Below are positions 10,000 to 18,875 of a DNA stretch of 31,362 nt, in pieces (position 1 is the stretch's first letter; every line of letters starts with the position of its first letter). Position numbers and translations under genes: made by a program. The notes under the pieces were generated by a model. That model was not told the DNA's origin. It saw nothing but the letters and a program-made list of their open reading frames with translations, and did not search any database. This DNA is from an uncultured Ectothiorhodospiraceae bacterium (lineage in GTDB: Bacteria > Pseudomonadota > Gammaproteobacteria > GCA-002705445 > GCA-002716945), in assembly GCA_964342835.1 (NCBI GenBank), contig CAYFGJ010000001.1, positions 1 through 31,362 on the forward strand, written 5' to 3'.

Positions 10000-10392
10000 T
10001 TAATCACCAAAAGTTATTAATCTATCAGATTGTATTCCTGCTTCAATAAGCTGACCTAACCCAGAAATTCTAAAATTATCAGCAATGTTGTGGGCATCCT
10101 TTTGATTTCTTTTCATTTCATCTGGGTCAACCATTCCTCTACGTTGGGCTGCTGCAACACATAATACTAAATCTAATTTATGTTCTTTTGCTAGCTCAGA
10201 CCATCTATTTGGTATGTGTCTATCATCTTGTGGTGGCGTTGCCAATCTTGTTCCGTTGTTTACCCCATCATGATAAAAAAATACTCGATAAATTTTATGC
10301 CCTTCTTCTAAAGCTGCTTTAACAAAATGATATGCTGTATCAGATGCTTGATGTGTATAAGGTCCTTCGTTGACTAAAATACCAAACTTCAT
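10000..10392 (-). CDS. dsrE: Sulfurtransferase complex subunit DsrE
   Basis: GPYTHQASD, FFYHDGV, active-site CVAAAQRRG, SGLGQL. Confidence 0.96.
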   Translation of the reverse strand: MKFGILVNEGPYTHQASDTAYHFVKAALEEGHKIYRVFFYHDGVNNGTRLATPPQDDRHIPNRWSELAKEHKLDLVLCVAAAQRRGMVDPDEMKRNQKDAHNIADNFRISGLGQLIEAGIQSDRLITFGD

Positions 10393-10404
10393 AACTGATT
10401 GTCT

Positions 10405-11508
10405 TTAAAATCTTATGTATGTAGATGAGTTTAATGTTTTTCTGCCACCACGCCAGTTATCAATATGATATTTAGTGAAAGGTAATTCTGTTAATTCAAA
10501 AAATCTTGGCCATCCAATTCTCTCAATCCAATCATTGATTCTTTCCCAGTCTCTGGCATCATCTTTATACGCTTTAAGTATTCTTTTTACTATAGCTGTA
10601 GCTTCAGGCCATCTTGGTGGATTATTAGGTATACCTGCTGCCACTAATTTTTGGAATGTAGGTTTACTTCTAGCATTAGAGTGATTACCACCTACCCATA
10701 TAGCTAATTTACTATGTTCCGGATCATTTATTTGCATTGGTGGACATGGAGGATAACACGCTCCACAACATATACATTTTTTCTCATCAACTTCTAATGA
10801 TGGTTTACCATTTACCATTGCAGGTCTAATTGCAGCTACTGGACATCTAGCTACTACTGATGGTCTTTCACAAACATTTGAAACTAAATCATGATTAATT
10901 TTTGGTGGTTTTGTATGTTGAATATTAATTGCTATATCACCTTGACCGCCACAATTGATTTGACAACACGAAGTTGTCATATGGACACGATTTGGCATTT
11001 CATTATTTTTGAATTCCTCTATTAATTCATCCATCATTGCTTTCACAACACCAGATGCATCTGTTCCAGGTATATCGCAGTGCAACCAACCTTGGGTATG
11101 GGCAATCATAGCTACAGAATTTTTTGTTCCTCCAACAATAAATCCTTCTTTTTCAAGTTCATTGATTAATGGATCAACTTTCTTAGCATCTTTAACCATG
11201 TATTCAATGTTACTTCGGATCGTAAATCTAACATATCCATCAGCATATTTATCTCCAATATCACACAATTTTCTTAGAGTAAATACATCTAAGATTCTTT
11301 GAGTTCCAGCTCTTATTGTCCAAATTTCTTCACCGCTATTAGCAATATGCTTTAAAACACCTGGTTTAGGATGTTCATGATATTTCCATTGACCAAAATT
11401 CTTACGCATGGTTGGATGCATATATTGAAAACCATCAGGACAACCAGTTTCAATTGGTGATCTAGGTTTAGCCTTTTCTTCTTTTGGGTTTGTTGATTTA
11501 TCAGTCAT
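10405..11508 (-). CDS. dsrB: Dissimilatory sulfite reductase beta subunit (oxidative type)
   Basis: HTQGWLHCDIPGTDASG, TSCCQINCGG, CICCGACYPPCP, PNNPPRWPE, WERINDWIERIGWPRFF. Confidence 0.97.
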   Translation of the reverse strand: MTDKSTNPKEEKAKPRSPIETGCPDGFQYMHPTMRKNFGQWKYHEHPKPGVLKHIANSGEEIWTIRAGTQRILDVFTLRKLCDIGDKYADGYVRFTIRSNIEYMVKDAKKVDPLINELEKEGFIVGGTKNSVAMIAHTQGWLHCDIPGTDASGVVKAMMDELIEEFKNNEMPNRVHMTTSCCQINCGGQGDIAINIQHTKPPKINHDLVSNVCERPSVVARCPVAAIRPAMVNGKPSLEVDEKKCICCGACYPPCPPMQINDPEHSKLAIWVGGNHSNARSKPTFQKLVAAGIPNNPPRWPEATAIVKRILKAYKDDARDWERINDWIERIGWPRFFELTELPFTKYHIDNWRGGRKTLNSSTYIRF

Positions 11509-11511
11509 AAT

Positions 11512-12768
11512 TTATGCAGTTTCTTTTTTATCAGCCTTTTCATACCATTTTACAGCTTCTTGATCCCACTCATCTGTTCTCACATATGAACTTTCTCTTG
11601 GATTAGCAACCATATTAGGATCAACATCAATTCCTATTCCCTCTAAAAAATTGACTAATCCAACTCTTTCTATCATCTCTCCACATCTTTCATGTTCTAG
11701 CGCATTGTCAGCCCAGAAATCTATTGTATTTTCAGCAATTTCTACAAGTTTTTCCCAATCTTCCTCATTTTCTAGTTTCATAAATGGAACAATTACTGTA
11801 CCCATTAAATCACCAATTTTAAGAGTTCTCTTACCGCCAATTAGGATAGTTGCTCCTTTATCATCACCAGGATGTAAAGCTTTAGGAACTACATTCAAAC
11901 AATGCATACATTTGACACAATTTTTGTTATCTATTTCTATGGTGTCATCATCATTTAATGAAATAGCATTTGTTGGACATCTTGTAATAATATTATCAAT
12001 AATATATTTACGTCCCTTTAGTTTCGCGTATTTTTTAAATTCATCTTGATCAACTTTTATATCATCTCTCCATGTACCTATAACTGACATATCAGCTCTC
12101 TCAATTGAATTCATACAATCATTTGGACATCCTGAAATTTTAAACTTAAATTTGTATGGTAAAGCTGGACGATGCATATCATCAACAAAGTTATTTACCA
12201 ATAATCTATGTGCTTTGTGCTCATTAACATTAGACATTTCACATCTACCAGCACCTACGCATGACATTGCAGTTCTGACACATGGACCTGCTCCACCAAG
12301 ATCAAATCCATAACCATTTATATCATCAAAAAAATGTTGAGTAGCTTCAGTGGTAGCACCAATAAACATAATATTTCCAGTTTGACCATGAAACGTAACT
12401 AATCCTGAACCATGTTTTTCCCAACTATCAGCAAGTTTTCTTAACATCGAAGTAGTATAATAATTACCCGCTGGCGGTTGGACTCTTAGTGTATGAAATT
12501 CTTTTGATGCAGGAAATACCTTACCAACTTCGGAAAATCTAGGAATGATACCTCCACCATATCCATAAACACTAACTGTTCCACCTTTCCAATAGCCTTT
12601 TCGTGTTTCATATGAATGCTCAAGTTGCCCTAACAAGTCATTCGTCATTTCATTAATTCTTTTATCTGGATGTGTATCTCTAAGAGTCTTTATGCCACTA
12701 ATAAAGCTAGGCCATGGGCCAGTCTCCAGATCATCTAACATTGGTGTATCATGTTTTTTCATAGTCAT
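11512..12768 (-). CDS. dsrA: Dissimilatory sulfite reductase alpha subunit (oxidative type)
   Basis: TPMLDDLETGPWPSF, WKGG.V.V.GYGGG, FHTLRV, siroheme-Fe4S4 ligands CVRTAMSC and GCPNDC, CVKCMHC, HERCGE. Confidence 0.97.
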   Translation of the reverse strand: MTMKKHDTPMLDDLETGPWPSFISGIKTLRDTHPDKRINEMTNDLLGQLEHSYETRKGYWKGGTVSVYGYGGGIIPRFSEVGKVFPASKEFHTLRVQPPAGNYYTTSMLRKLADSWEKHGSGLVTFHGQTGNIMFIGATTEATQHFFDDINGYGFDLGGAGPCVRTAMSCVGAGRCEMSNVNEHKAHRLLVNNFVDDMHRPALPYKFKFKISGCPNDCMNSIERADMSVIGTWRDDIKVDQDEFKKYAKLKGRKYIIDNIITRCPTNAISLNDDDTIEIDNKNCVKCMHCLNVVPKALHPGDDKGATILIGGKRTLKIGDLMGTVIVPFMKLENEEDWEKLVEIAENTIDFWADNALEHERCGEMIERVGLVNFLEGIGIDVDPNMVANPRESSYVRTDEWDQEAVKWYEKADKKETA

Positions 12769-12797
12769 TCATTCCCCATTGGAATACTTCGTATATT

Positions 12798-12827
12798 ATT
12801 TTATCATTAGTTTCTAATATATGTCTA
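12798..12827 (-). promoter_or_regulatory. Candidate sigma70 promoter of the dsr operon
   Basis: TAGACA-18 nt-TAAAAT with extended -10 TG, about 30 nt upstream of dsrA in the 115-bp divergent intergenic region. Confidence 0.35.
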
Positions 12828-12883
12828 AATATTTATTTTAAGCCATTTTTTATAAATGTAAACTCAATAATAAGGATAAAATT

Positions 12884-13738
12884 ATGGATGTATTGAAAAC
12901 TAATAAAAATACATATGAACGATGGGCAAATAATAAATTAGAGTCTTTCACATCTGATATCGATGATTTATTGGTCGAAATTAGTGATCCTGCACGTATA
13001 AGTAAAGGTGAAATGATTAGAATAAAAAAAATTATCAATGCTTATAACATGGTTTTTTATGAATTTACTAGGCCAATTAAAGACACACAATCGTCTCTAA
13101 TTAAATTAATGCATAATTTAAATATCAAAAATTTTGTCAAAGATTCAAAATCTAATAAAAATGGTATTACTGCCATTGAATTAGATCAAAAAATAATGAC
13201 TGAAGATGAATATATTCCATATACTAAAAGATCATTAAATTGGCACACTGATGGTTATTATAATAAATTAAATAAACCCATATATTCATGGATACTCCAT
13301 TGCAAACAAAGAGCAAAGAATGGTGGTGTTAATACCTTTTTTGATCACGAGATCATATATATTTTATTTAATCAATTAACGAATAAAATTTTATCTTTGA
13401 TGGATAATGAAATTTATATAATTCCAGAAAATAAAAAAAATGGAAGAAAAGAAATAAAAAGCTATGTTTTTTCATATGATAATCCATATAAAAAATTGCA
13501 TATGAGATTCACTATGAGAGAGAGAAATATTAAATGGAAAAAAATGTATGAAGATGAAATAGAAATTTTAAAAAACATAATAGAAAAAAATTCCAAATAT
13601 AAAATTTCCTATAAACTTCAACCTGGACAAGGAGTAATAACAAACAATGTTATTCATTCAAGAACAGCATTTACAAACGATATCAATCATCATAGGCTGA
13701 TATATAGAATTAGATCAACTCAAAGAATTAATTTATAA
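12884..13738 (+). CDS. TauD/TfdA-family Fe(II)/2-oxoglutarate dioxygenase-like protein
   Basis: WHTDGYY (HxD), LHC...A..GG.N, PGQG...NNVIHSRT (distal His and Arg). Confidence 0.8.
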   Translation: MDVLKTNKNTYERWANNKLESFTSDIDDLLVEISDPARISKGEMIRIKKIINAYNMVFYEFTRPIKDTQSSLIKLMHNLNIKNFVKDSKSNKNGITAIELDQKIMTEDEYIPYTKRSLNWHTDGYYNKLNKPIYSWILHCKQRAKNGGVNTFFDHEIIYILFNQLTNKILSLMDNEIYIIPENKKNGRKEIKSYVFSYDNPYKKLHMRFTMRERNIKWKKMYEDEIEILKNIIEKNSKYKISYKLQPGQGVITNNVIHSRTAFTNDINHHRLIYRIRSTQRINL

Positions 13739-13741
13739 AAT

Positions 13742-13933
13742 ATGTTGTATTTAAGTAGTGTATTAATTGAATATAAAGAAATTGAAACATTCGATGAATT
13801 GTTAAATGTCATTAAGGAAAAAGCTAAATTGGGTGAAATATTTATTAAAATGGACCTAAAACCACCATATCCTGATACACCAGATAATTGGGAAGAAAAA
13901 ATTGAAGCAGCATTCAGTGGTTATCAAAAATAA
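13742..13933 (+). CDS. Small hypothetical protein (63 aa) of a type recalled from dsr-containing sulfur oxidizers
   Basis: MLYLS..L....IETFDEL...MDLKPPYPDTPDNWE; 3-bp and 2-bp gaps to its neighbours. Confidence 0.7.
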   Translation: MLYLSSVLIEYKEIETFDELLNVIKEKAKLGEIFIKMDLKPPYPDTPDNWEEKIEAAFSGYQK

Positions 13934-13935
13934 TT

Positions 13936-14610
13936 ATGTGGGAATCAGACGAAAAAAAAATTATTGAAAGTAAGGCAAAAATGATAGATGTTTCATATGC
14001 TATAGAGTGTTCAACTCTACCTTATGATCATGCTTTTGAATTATCTAACGAGATTATAAAAAAACTTCCTTGGTTTTATGATAATAAATTAAATGGAATA
14101 CAAACGCTGCATGGTCCTGACTCTGGAAATGGTTGGACAAGAGCTGAAAATGAAACAATATTTTTATCTAAAAGAACAAAATTAATTATTAGAATTTCAA
14201 AAAATCTGATTGAGAATGCAAAAAATCTAGAAAATGCTGAAATTAATATTGACGGTAATATATTAAAAATAAAAAAATTAACTCTAAAACCATTCTCCAT
14301 CTCAAAAGTTCTTTTTTGTAGATGTGTATTAAGTAATGAAAATATTGATGAAAGTAATTTTTTAAATGCCATTACAGATGAACTAAAAAAACATAAAATT
14401 ATAATAAAAAAAGCACTTTGTGGTAAAAGTAGAACTATAAATTTAGAAGGAAAAAATAATTATACGAGAAGCTTGATGCTAGCTGGTTTATCTAAACAAG
14501 ATTCTATTACATTACAAGATGTAGGTATTGGCAGAGGAAGAGTTTTTGGATGTGGTATTTTTCTTCCATATAAGTCAATTGATGCTGTAGATAATTTTAA
14601 AGACGAATAA
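13936..14610 (+). CDS. cas6: Cas6-like RAMP endoribonuclease (Cmx6 / I-MYXAN-like), orphan
   Basis: N-terminal D..Y.I....LP.DH...L, H...SGNGW, LSKRTKL.IR and C-terminal G-rich loop GIGRGRVFGCG matching GhGxxxxxGhG. Confidence 0.8.
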   Translation: MWESDEKKIIESKAKMIDVSYAIECSTLPYDHAFELSNEIIKKLPWFYDNKLNGIQTLHGPDSGNGWTRAENETIFLSKRTKLIIRISKNLIENAKNLENAEINIDGNILKIKKLTLKPFSISKVLFCRCVLSNENIDESNFLNAITDELKKHKIIIKKALCGKSRTINLEGKNNYTRSLMLAGLSKQDSITLQDVGIGRGRVFGCGIFLPYKSIDAVDNFKDE

Positions 14611-14688
14611 ATATTTTTTTAATATAGACTTATACTTTTTAGTATATTAGAATTTTGCAATATAGTTGAATTGTTTGATAAGTATACT

Positions 14689-15027
14689 ATGAAAATTGAA
14701 CATGAAGGAAAAGAAATAGAACTTACAGATACTGGTTTTTTAATCAATATTGATGATTGGAATGAAGGCATAGCTAAAATAATAGCTGATCAAGAAGAAA
14801 TAGTCTTAACAGATAAACACTGGGATGTGATTAATTATCTAAGAGATGAATTTTTAAATAATAAAGAAAATCAGCCAAATACACGTAATATGGTTAAAGA
14901 TTTAGGTAAGATGTGGAATGAAAAAATTGATACTAAAGCATTATTTGATCTATTTCCAGGTAACCCCAGCAAGCAAGCTGGAAGAATAGCTGGATTACCT
15001 GAAAGTAGAAGAAAAGGTGGCTATTAA
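14689..15027 (+). CDS. DsrC/TusE-family paralog lacking both C-terminal cysteines
   Basis: TDTGFL.N.DDWNE, LTDKHWDVINYLR, LFPGNPSKQAGRIAGLP; no Cys at all. ATG at 14689 preferred to TTG at 14671. Confidence 0.85.
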   Translation: MKIEHEGKEIELTDTGFLINIDDWNEGIAKIIADQEEIVLTDKHWDVINYLRDEFLNNKENQPNTRNMVKDLGKMWNEKIDTKALFDLFPGNPSKQAGRIAGLPESRRKGGY

Positions 15028-15260
15028 TGAATGATACAAAAGATAATAAAGCGCTCCAAGATGAAAGAAAAAAAATAATCGCTAGATTACTAGAAATTCA
15101 GAAAAAATTTATGGAGCTAGAAAGAAAAAAAGGTGTTACAGAAAAAGATATCCATCATAATCCCAAAGGAATTGTTAAAGAATATAAAGAAGAACATGAG
15201 AAATTAGCAAATCGCTTGGTTGATATTGCGCATCAGTTAAAAGGCTCAATAAGAACATAA
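15027..15260 (+). CDS. Small helical hypothetical protein
   Basis: Translationally coupled (TAATG overlaps on both sides); ends RLVDIAHQLKGSIRT; resembles a family recalled from sulfur oxidizers. Confidence 0.7.
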   Translation: MNDTKDNKALQDERKKIIARLLEIQKKFMELERKKGVTEKDIHHNPKGIVKEYKEEHEKLANRLVDIAHQLKGSIRT

Positions 15261-15454
15261 TGAATAAAGAATATTTCGATAAAATAACTGAATTAGAAAA
15301 AATGAATGTTTCTGAAGATTATATTATTGGATGGCAAGAAGGTTATCAGCATAGTCCAAAAGTAGAAGAACAACGATTAAATAATGCATATGAAGCTGGC
15401 TATGAAGATGGCGAAAAAAAATCAATAGAAAACGCTCAAAAATATAAAAAATAA
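15260..15454 (+). CDS. Small protein, likely Alvin_2107-like sulfur-globule-oxidation family
   Basis: EKMNV..DYIIGWQEGY...P..EEQR...AYEAGYEDG pattern; family name from memory, not searched. Confidence 0.55.
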   Translation: MNKEYFDKITELEKMNVSEDYIIGWQEGYQHSPKVEEQRLNNAYEAGYEDGEKKSIENAQKYKK

Positions 15455-15456
15455 AT

Positions 15457-16020
15457 TTAATCTCTTGTTATTGATTCAAAAGTCTCAATTATTTTATTAC
15501 AAATATCGTTTGCATCAATATCAACAATCTGGTCCATTACCCATTTATTAGTTTGACTTAATCCCATAGCATCTTGAATTTTCTTAGCCAAATGTCTAAA
15601 AATTGAATAATTATTTTCTTTTTTATCAAATGAATATTCAGAATATTCTGCGGATCTAAGATTGAGAGTATTAATGTACCCTTTTTTATAATTACCATTT
15701 CCAAACAAATCTTCACAATTTTCTTGCATGATTCGAGCTGATTGTTTTCCTAAAGCATTCATAATATTCAATCGTTTCTCATCACTAAAAGAATTATTGT
15801 ACAAAAGTCTATCAATTATATGTACTTGAAAAGACATATATTCAACAATCACCGTAACTCTTTGATGATCAGAACTATATTCATAATCATCTCCATGGAG
15901 TTGTTTCGCTTTATGAAGAGCAATTTTCCATGATATAAAAGATAGAGCACTAGCTATATCATCAGGGCTTTTTTGATTTTTAGAGGTTTTAGACCATTTA
16001 TTCTTAATTCTTATAGCCAT
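15457..16020 (-). CDS. Hypothetical protein (187 aa)
   Basis: Long ORF convergent on the accessory operon; RIKNKW.K...DDIASALSFISWKIA resembles a sulfur-oxidizer conserved family (recall only). Confidence 0.7.
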   Translation of the reverse strand: MAIRIKNKWSKTSKNQKSPDDIASALSFISWKIALHKAKQLHGDDYEYSSDHQRVTVIVEYMSFQVHIIDRLLYNNSFSDEKRLNIMNALGKQSARIMQENCEDLFGNGNYKKGYINTLNLRSAEYSEYSFDKKENNYSIFRHLAKKIQDAMGLSQTNKWVMDQIVDIDANDICNKIIETFESITRD

Positions 16021-16088
16021 ATTTATTTGATATTTTTTCTACAAAAATGCATCATTTTATACTATAGATTTATCAGAAAAACATATAA

Positions 16089-16682
16089 ATGAACATAGAA
16101 ATACAAAAAAGATTAATTGAAGTTAAACCTGGAAGTTTCATTTTTGAGTTTAATAACTCTATCGATAAAACAAAATGTGAAGAAATAATTGATAGATTTG
16201 AGAATTCAAAAAATGATCATTATCGTGGACGTGTCGGTCAAAATTATAAAGAAGATCCAAGCATAAAACGTTCCACTGACATGGTGCTTAGCGGAAAAGA
16301 TAATTGGAAAGATATAGATGAATTATTGTTTACCAGTTTATCTAAAGCTTTGAGTATCGTAAAAAAAGAATATGATTTTTTCAATGGTCCTTTTAAAGAT
16401 ATTGGTTATGCTGTCCAAAAAACTGAATCTGGTGAATTCTTTAACTGGCATATTGATAGTGGAAATCACCAACTAAGTGATAGGCAACTAGTAGCAATCT
16501 GGTATTTGAATGATGTTGCTGGGCCAGGTGGTGAAACAGAATTTTTAAATCAAAACATTAAAATAAAACCAGAAGTAGGGAAATTAATATTATTTCCTCC
16601 GTTTTGGACACATGAGCATCGTGGTGTTAAACTTCAAAATGGTATTAAATATATTGCAACTACATGGATTGTATTTAAATAA
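16089..16682 (+). CDS. Prolyl-4-hydroxylase-like 2OG-Fe(II) oxygenase
   Basis: WHIDSG (HxD), WYLND...GGETEF, P..GKLILFP..WTHEHRG, KYIATTW. Confidence 0.88.
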   Translation: MNIEIQKRLIEVKPGSFIFEFNNSIDKTKCEEIIDRFENSKNDHYRGRVGQNYKEDPSIKRSTDMVLSGKDNWKDIDELLFTSLSKALSIVKKEYDFFNGPFKDIGYAVQKTESGEFFNWHIDSGNHQLSDRQLVAIWYLNDVAGPGGETEFLNQNIKIKPEVGKLILFPPFWTHEHRGVKLQNGIKYIATTWIVFK

Positions 16683-17806
16683 TGAACAAGACTAAACATC
16701 AAGAATTATCATCTGATGAATTAATAAAATCTGTAATTCAAAAGATTGCGACTGGTCCTACACAAAGCAAAAATATAAGTAGAGAAGAAGCAAAACAGTG
16801 TATGTTAAATATACTTGATAATAAAATAGATGAAGTAAGATCATCAATATTCTTAATTGCATTACGTATGAAAAGAGAAACAGATGATGAGAATTTAGGT
16901 ATACATGATGCCATAATTGAAACAACTAAAACGATAGACATCTCTTTGGATCATTTAATAAATATTGCTGATCCTTATGATGGATTTACAAGACACATTC
17001 CATCATCCGCATTCATTCCACCAGTACTAGCGGAATTAGGTTATCCAACAATTTCACATGGATTAGAGTCTGTTGGGCCTAAATATGGTTGTACACATCA
17101 TCAGACCTATGCAGAACTTGGATTAAATCCAAAATTAAATCATGAACAAAATATTGAAAGATTATTAAATAAAAAAATTGGATGGGCATATATTGATCAA
17201 TGTCAATTTAATAAAAAACTTTTTAATCTTATGTCTCTTAGAAAAAAGATTATCAAGAGACCTGCTATTACAACAGTAGAAGTTTTAGTCAAACCTATTG
17301 CAGCTAAAAAAAATTATTTTGTTACTGGATATGTTCATAAAGCATATCCTCCAATATATTTAAAATTAGCAAGAAATGCAGGATTTAATAGTTCAATGGT
17401 TATAAAAGGAACAGAAGGTGGAATAATTCCCTCTCTAAGTCAACCAAGTAAAATATTTTCTTATAAAAATATTAATGATGAAGATGTGGCTAGTGAATAT
17501 GATCCAAAAAAAGATTGTGAAATTGATCAATCTATAAGAGCAGTAGAAATACCAAAAAATGCATCTATAACATCAGCGGTTGATAAAATTGAATCAAAAA
17601 TCCAACCAAAAGATATAGCAAAAGAGAGCGTAAAACAAGGAATTGAGGCACTGAAGGGGAAAGAGGGTTCAATGAAAGATTGTATAGCATATGGAGCATC
17701 TATTATCTTCAGCAAAATTAGTGGATACGATATACATAAAAGTAATAATGAAATTAAAAAAGTTCTCGATTCTGGATCTGCATTTGAGAGAATAAATCAT
17801 GAATAA
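16682..17806 (+). CDS. Anthranilate phosphoribosyltransferase-like (glycosyltransferase family 3, TrpD2/YbiB-like) protein
   Basis: N-terminal helical domain (IATGP...FLIALRMKRET..E), TISHG...VGPKYG, GYVH..Y, KGTEGG; lacks GTGGD and KHGN. Confidence 0.75.
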   Translation: MNKTKHQELSSDELIKSVIQKIATGPTQSKNISREEAKQCMLNILDNKIDEVRSSIFLIALRMKRETDDENLGIHDAIIETTKTIDISLDHLINIADPYDGFTRHIPSSAFIPPVLAELGYPTISHGLESVGPKYGCTHHQTYAELGLNPKLNHEQNIERLLNKKIGWAYIDQCQFNKKLFNLMSLRKKIIKRPAITTVEVLVKPIAAKKNYFVTGYVHKAYPPIYLKLARNAGFNSSMVIKGTEGGIIPSLSQPSKIFSYKNINDEDVASEYDPKKDCEIDQSIRAVEIPKNASITSAVDKIESKIQPKDIAKESVKQGIEALKGKEGSMKDCIAYGASIIFSKISGYDIHKSNNEIKKVLDSGSAFERINHE

Positions 17807-18239
17807 TACAATTACATTTGACTGGAGTGATAAAGAAATATGGAGTAGATCTGCATATAATACAATGTGGTGTTTAATTGGCTGCAGTATAGGTGATCTT
17901 GGTACAATTTATTATTTTCAAATAACAGGCATTCCTTGGACTACTATGTCAATAATGTTATTAGCAATGTTTAATGGCATTGTTACTAGTATTATTTTAG
18001 AAACATTTATTCTATTAAAACAAATGTCTTTTTTTGTTGCTCTTAAAACTGCTATGGGTATGAGTTTAATTTCTATGATAAGTATGGAATTAGCAATGAA
18101 TCTTGTTGATGTATTATTAACTGGAGGTGCTAGATTAAACCTTTATGTCATTCCAATCATGTTGATTGCGGGTTTTATAACACCCTGGCCATATAATTAT
18201 TGGAGATTAAAAAAATTTGGATCTGGTTGTTGCCATTAA
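17799..18239 (+). CDS. DUF4396-like membrane protein
   Basis: CLIGCSIGD, SIILET, MSLISMISMELAMN..D, GF..PWPYNYW; Met/Cys-rich, ends GCCH. Confidence 0.75.
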   Translation: MNNTITFDWSDKEIWSRSAYNTMWCLIGCSIGDLGTIYYFQITGIPWTTMSIMLLAMFNGIVTSIILETFILLKQMSFFVALKTAMGMSLISMISMELAMNLVDVLLTGGARLNLYVIPIMLIAGFITPWPYNYWRLKKFGSGCCH

Positions 18240-18865
18240 TTAATATGGGATGTAAAAATTTGTGTAACAGAATTTTCTATATTATTTTTTAATTTATTAG
18301 TAAGAGTCCTAAACCATGACTCACATATAACAATGGGTATTGCAACACTCAATCCGGCTGCGGTTGTTAATAAAGCTTCCCAAATACCACCAGAAAGCAT
18401 AGATGGATCAACATTTTTTCCAGCTATTTCCATTTGTTGGAAAGCTTCTATCATACCAAATACTGTACCCAACAAACCTAGAAGCGGAGCTATAGTAGCA
18501 ATAACTTGCAAAGAATCTAGTTTTTGATTATAAAATTCTATCCTTTCTTCACATAATCTTGTAATCTCTTCTCTTATATTGCTTTCTTCTTTTTCAGTAA
18601 TTTTCTTATGTTTCAATAATTGATACATTGTAAATGAAATAACTTCGGCAACAGGGTGCATAATATTTTGGATAGAATCATAAGCATGAGTTTTTTCGTC
18701 TTCTATCCATAACTGAATACTTTTATTAATTACAGCATGCTCAAAAAAGTTAGCATGATAAAATTGATGAAGTTTATATAAAATAACAGCTAAAGCAAAT
18801 ATTGATAATAATAACAATATGTATATGATTGGCCCGCCTAAATCTAATAATGCATTTATTTCCAT
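18236..18865 (-). CDS. exbB: MotA/TolQ/ExbB proton channel protein
   Basis: APLLGLLGTVFGMIEAF, GGIWEALLTTAAGL.VAIP. Confidence 0.9.
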   Translation of the reverse strand: MEINALLDLGGPIIYILLLLSIFALAVILYKLHQFYHANFFEHAVINKSIQLWIEDEKTHAYDSIQNIMHPVAEVISFTMYQLLKHKKITEKEESNIREEITRLCEERIEFYNQKLDSLQVIATIAPLLGLLGTVFGMIEAFQQMEIAGKNVDPSMLSGGIWEALLTTAAGLSVAIPIVICESWFRTLTNKLKNNIENSVTQIFTSHIN

Positions 18866-18875
18866 ATATCTTCAA

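Noticed and set aside
12769-12883. Direct Fur box in the dsrA promoter (TAATGATAA)
   Set aside because: Best alignment is only about half of the 19-bp consensus, expected by chance in AT-rich DNA.
14625-14653. Internal promoter TAGACT-17-TAGAAT before the Cys-less DsrC gene
   Set aside because: Plausible, but too common a match in DNA this AT-rich to list without transcript data.
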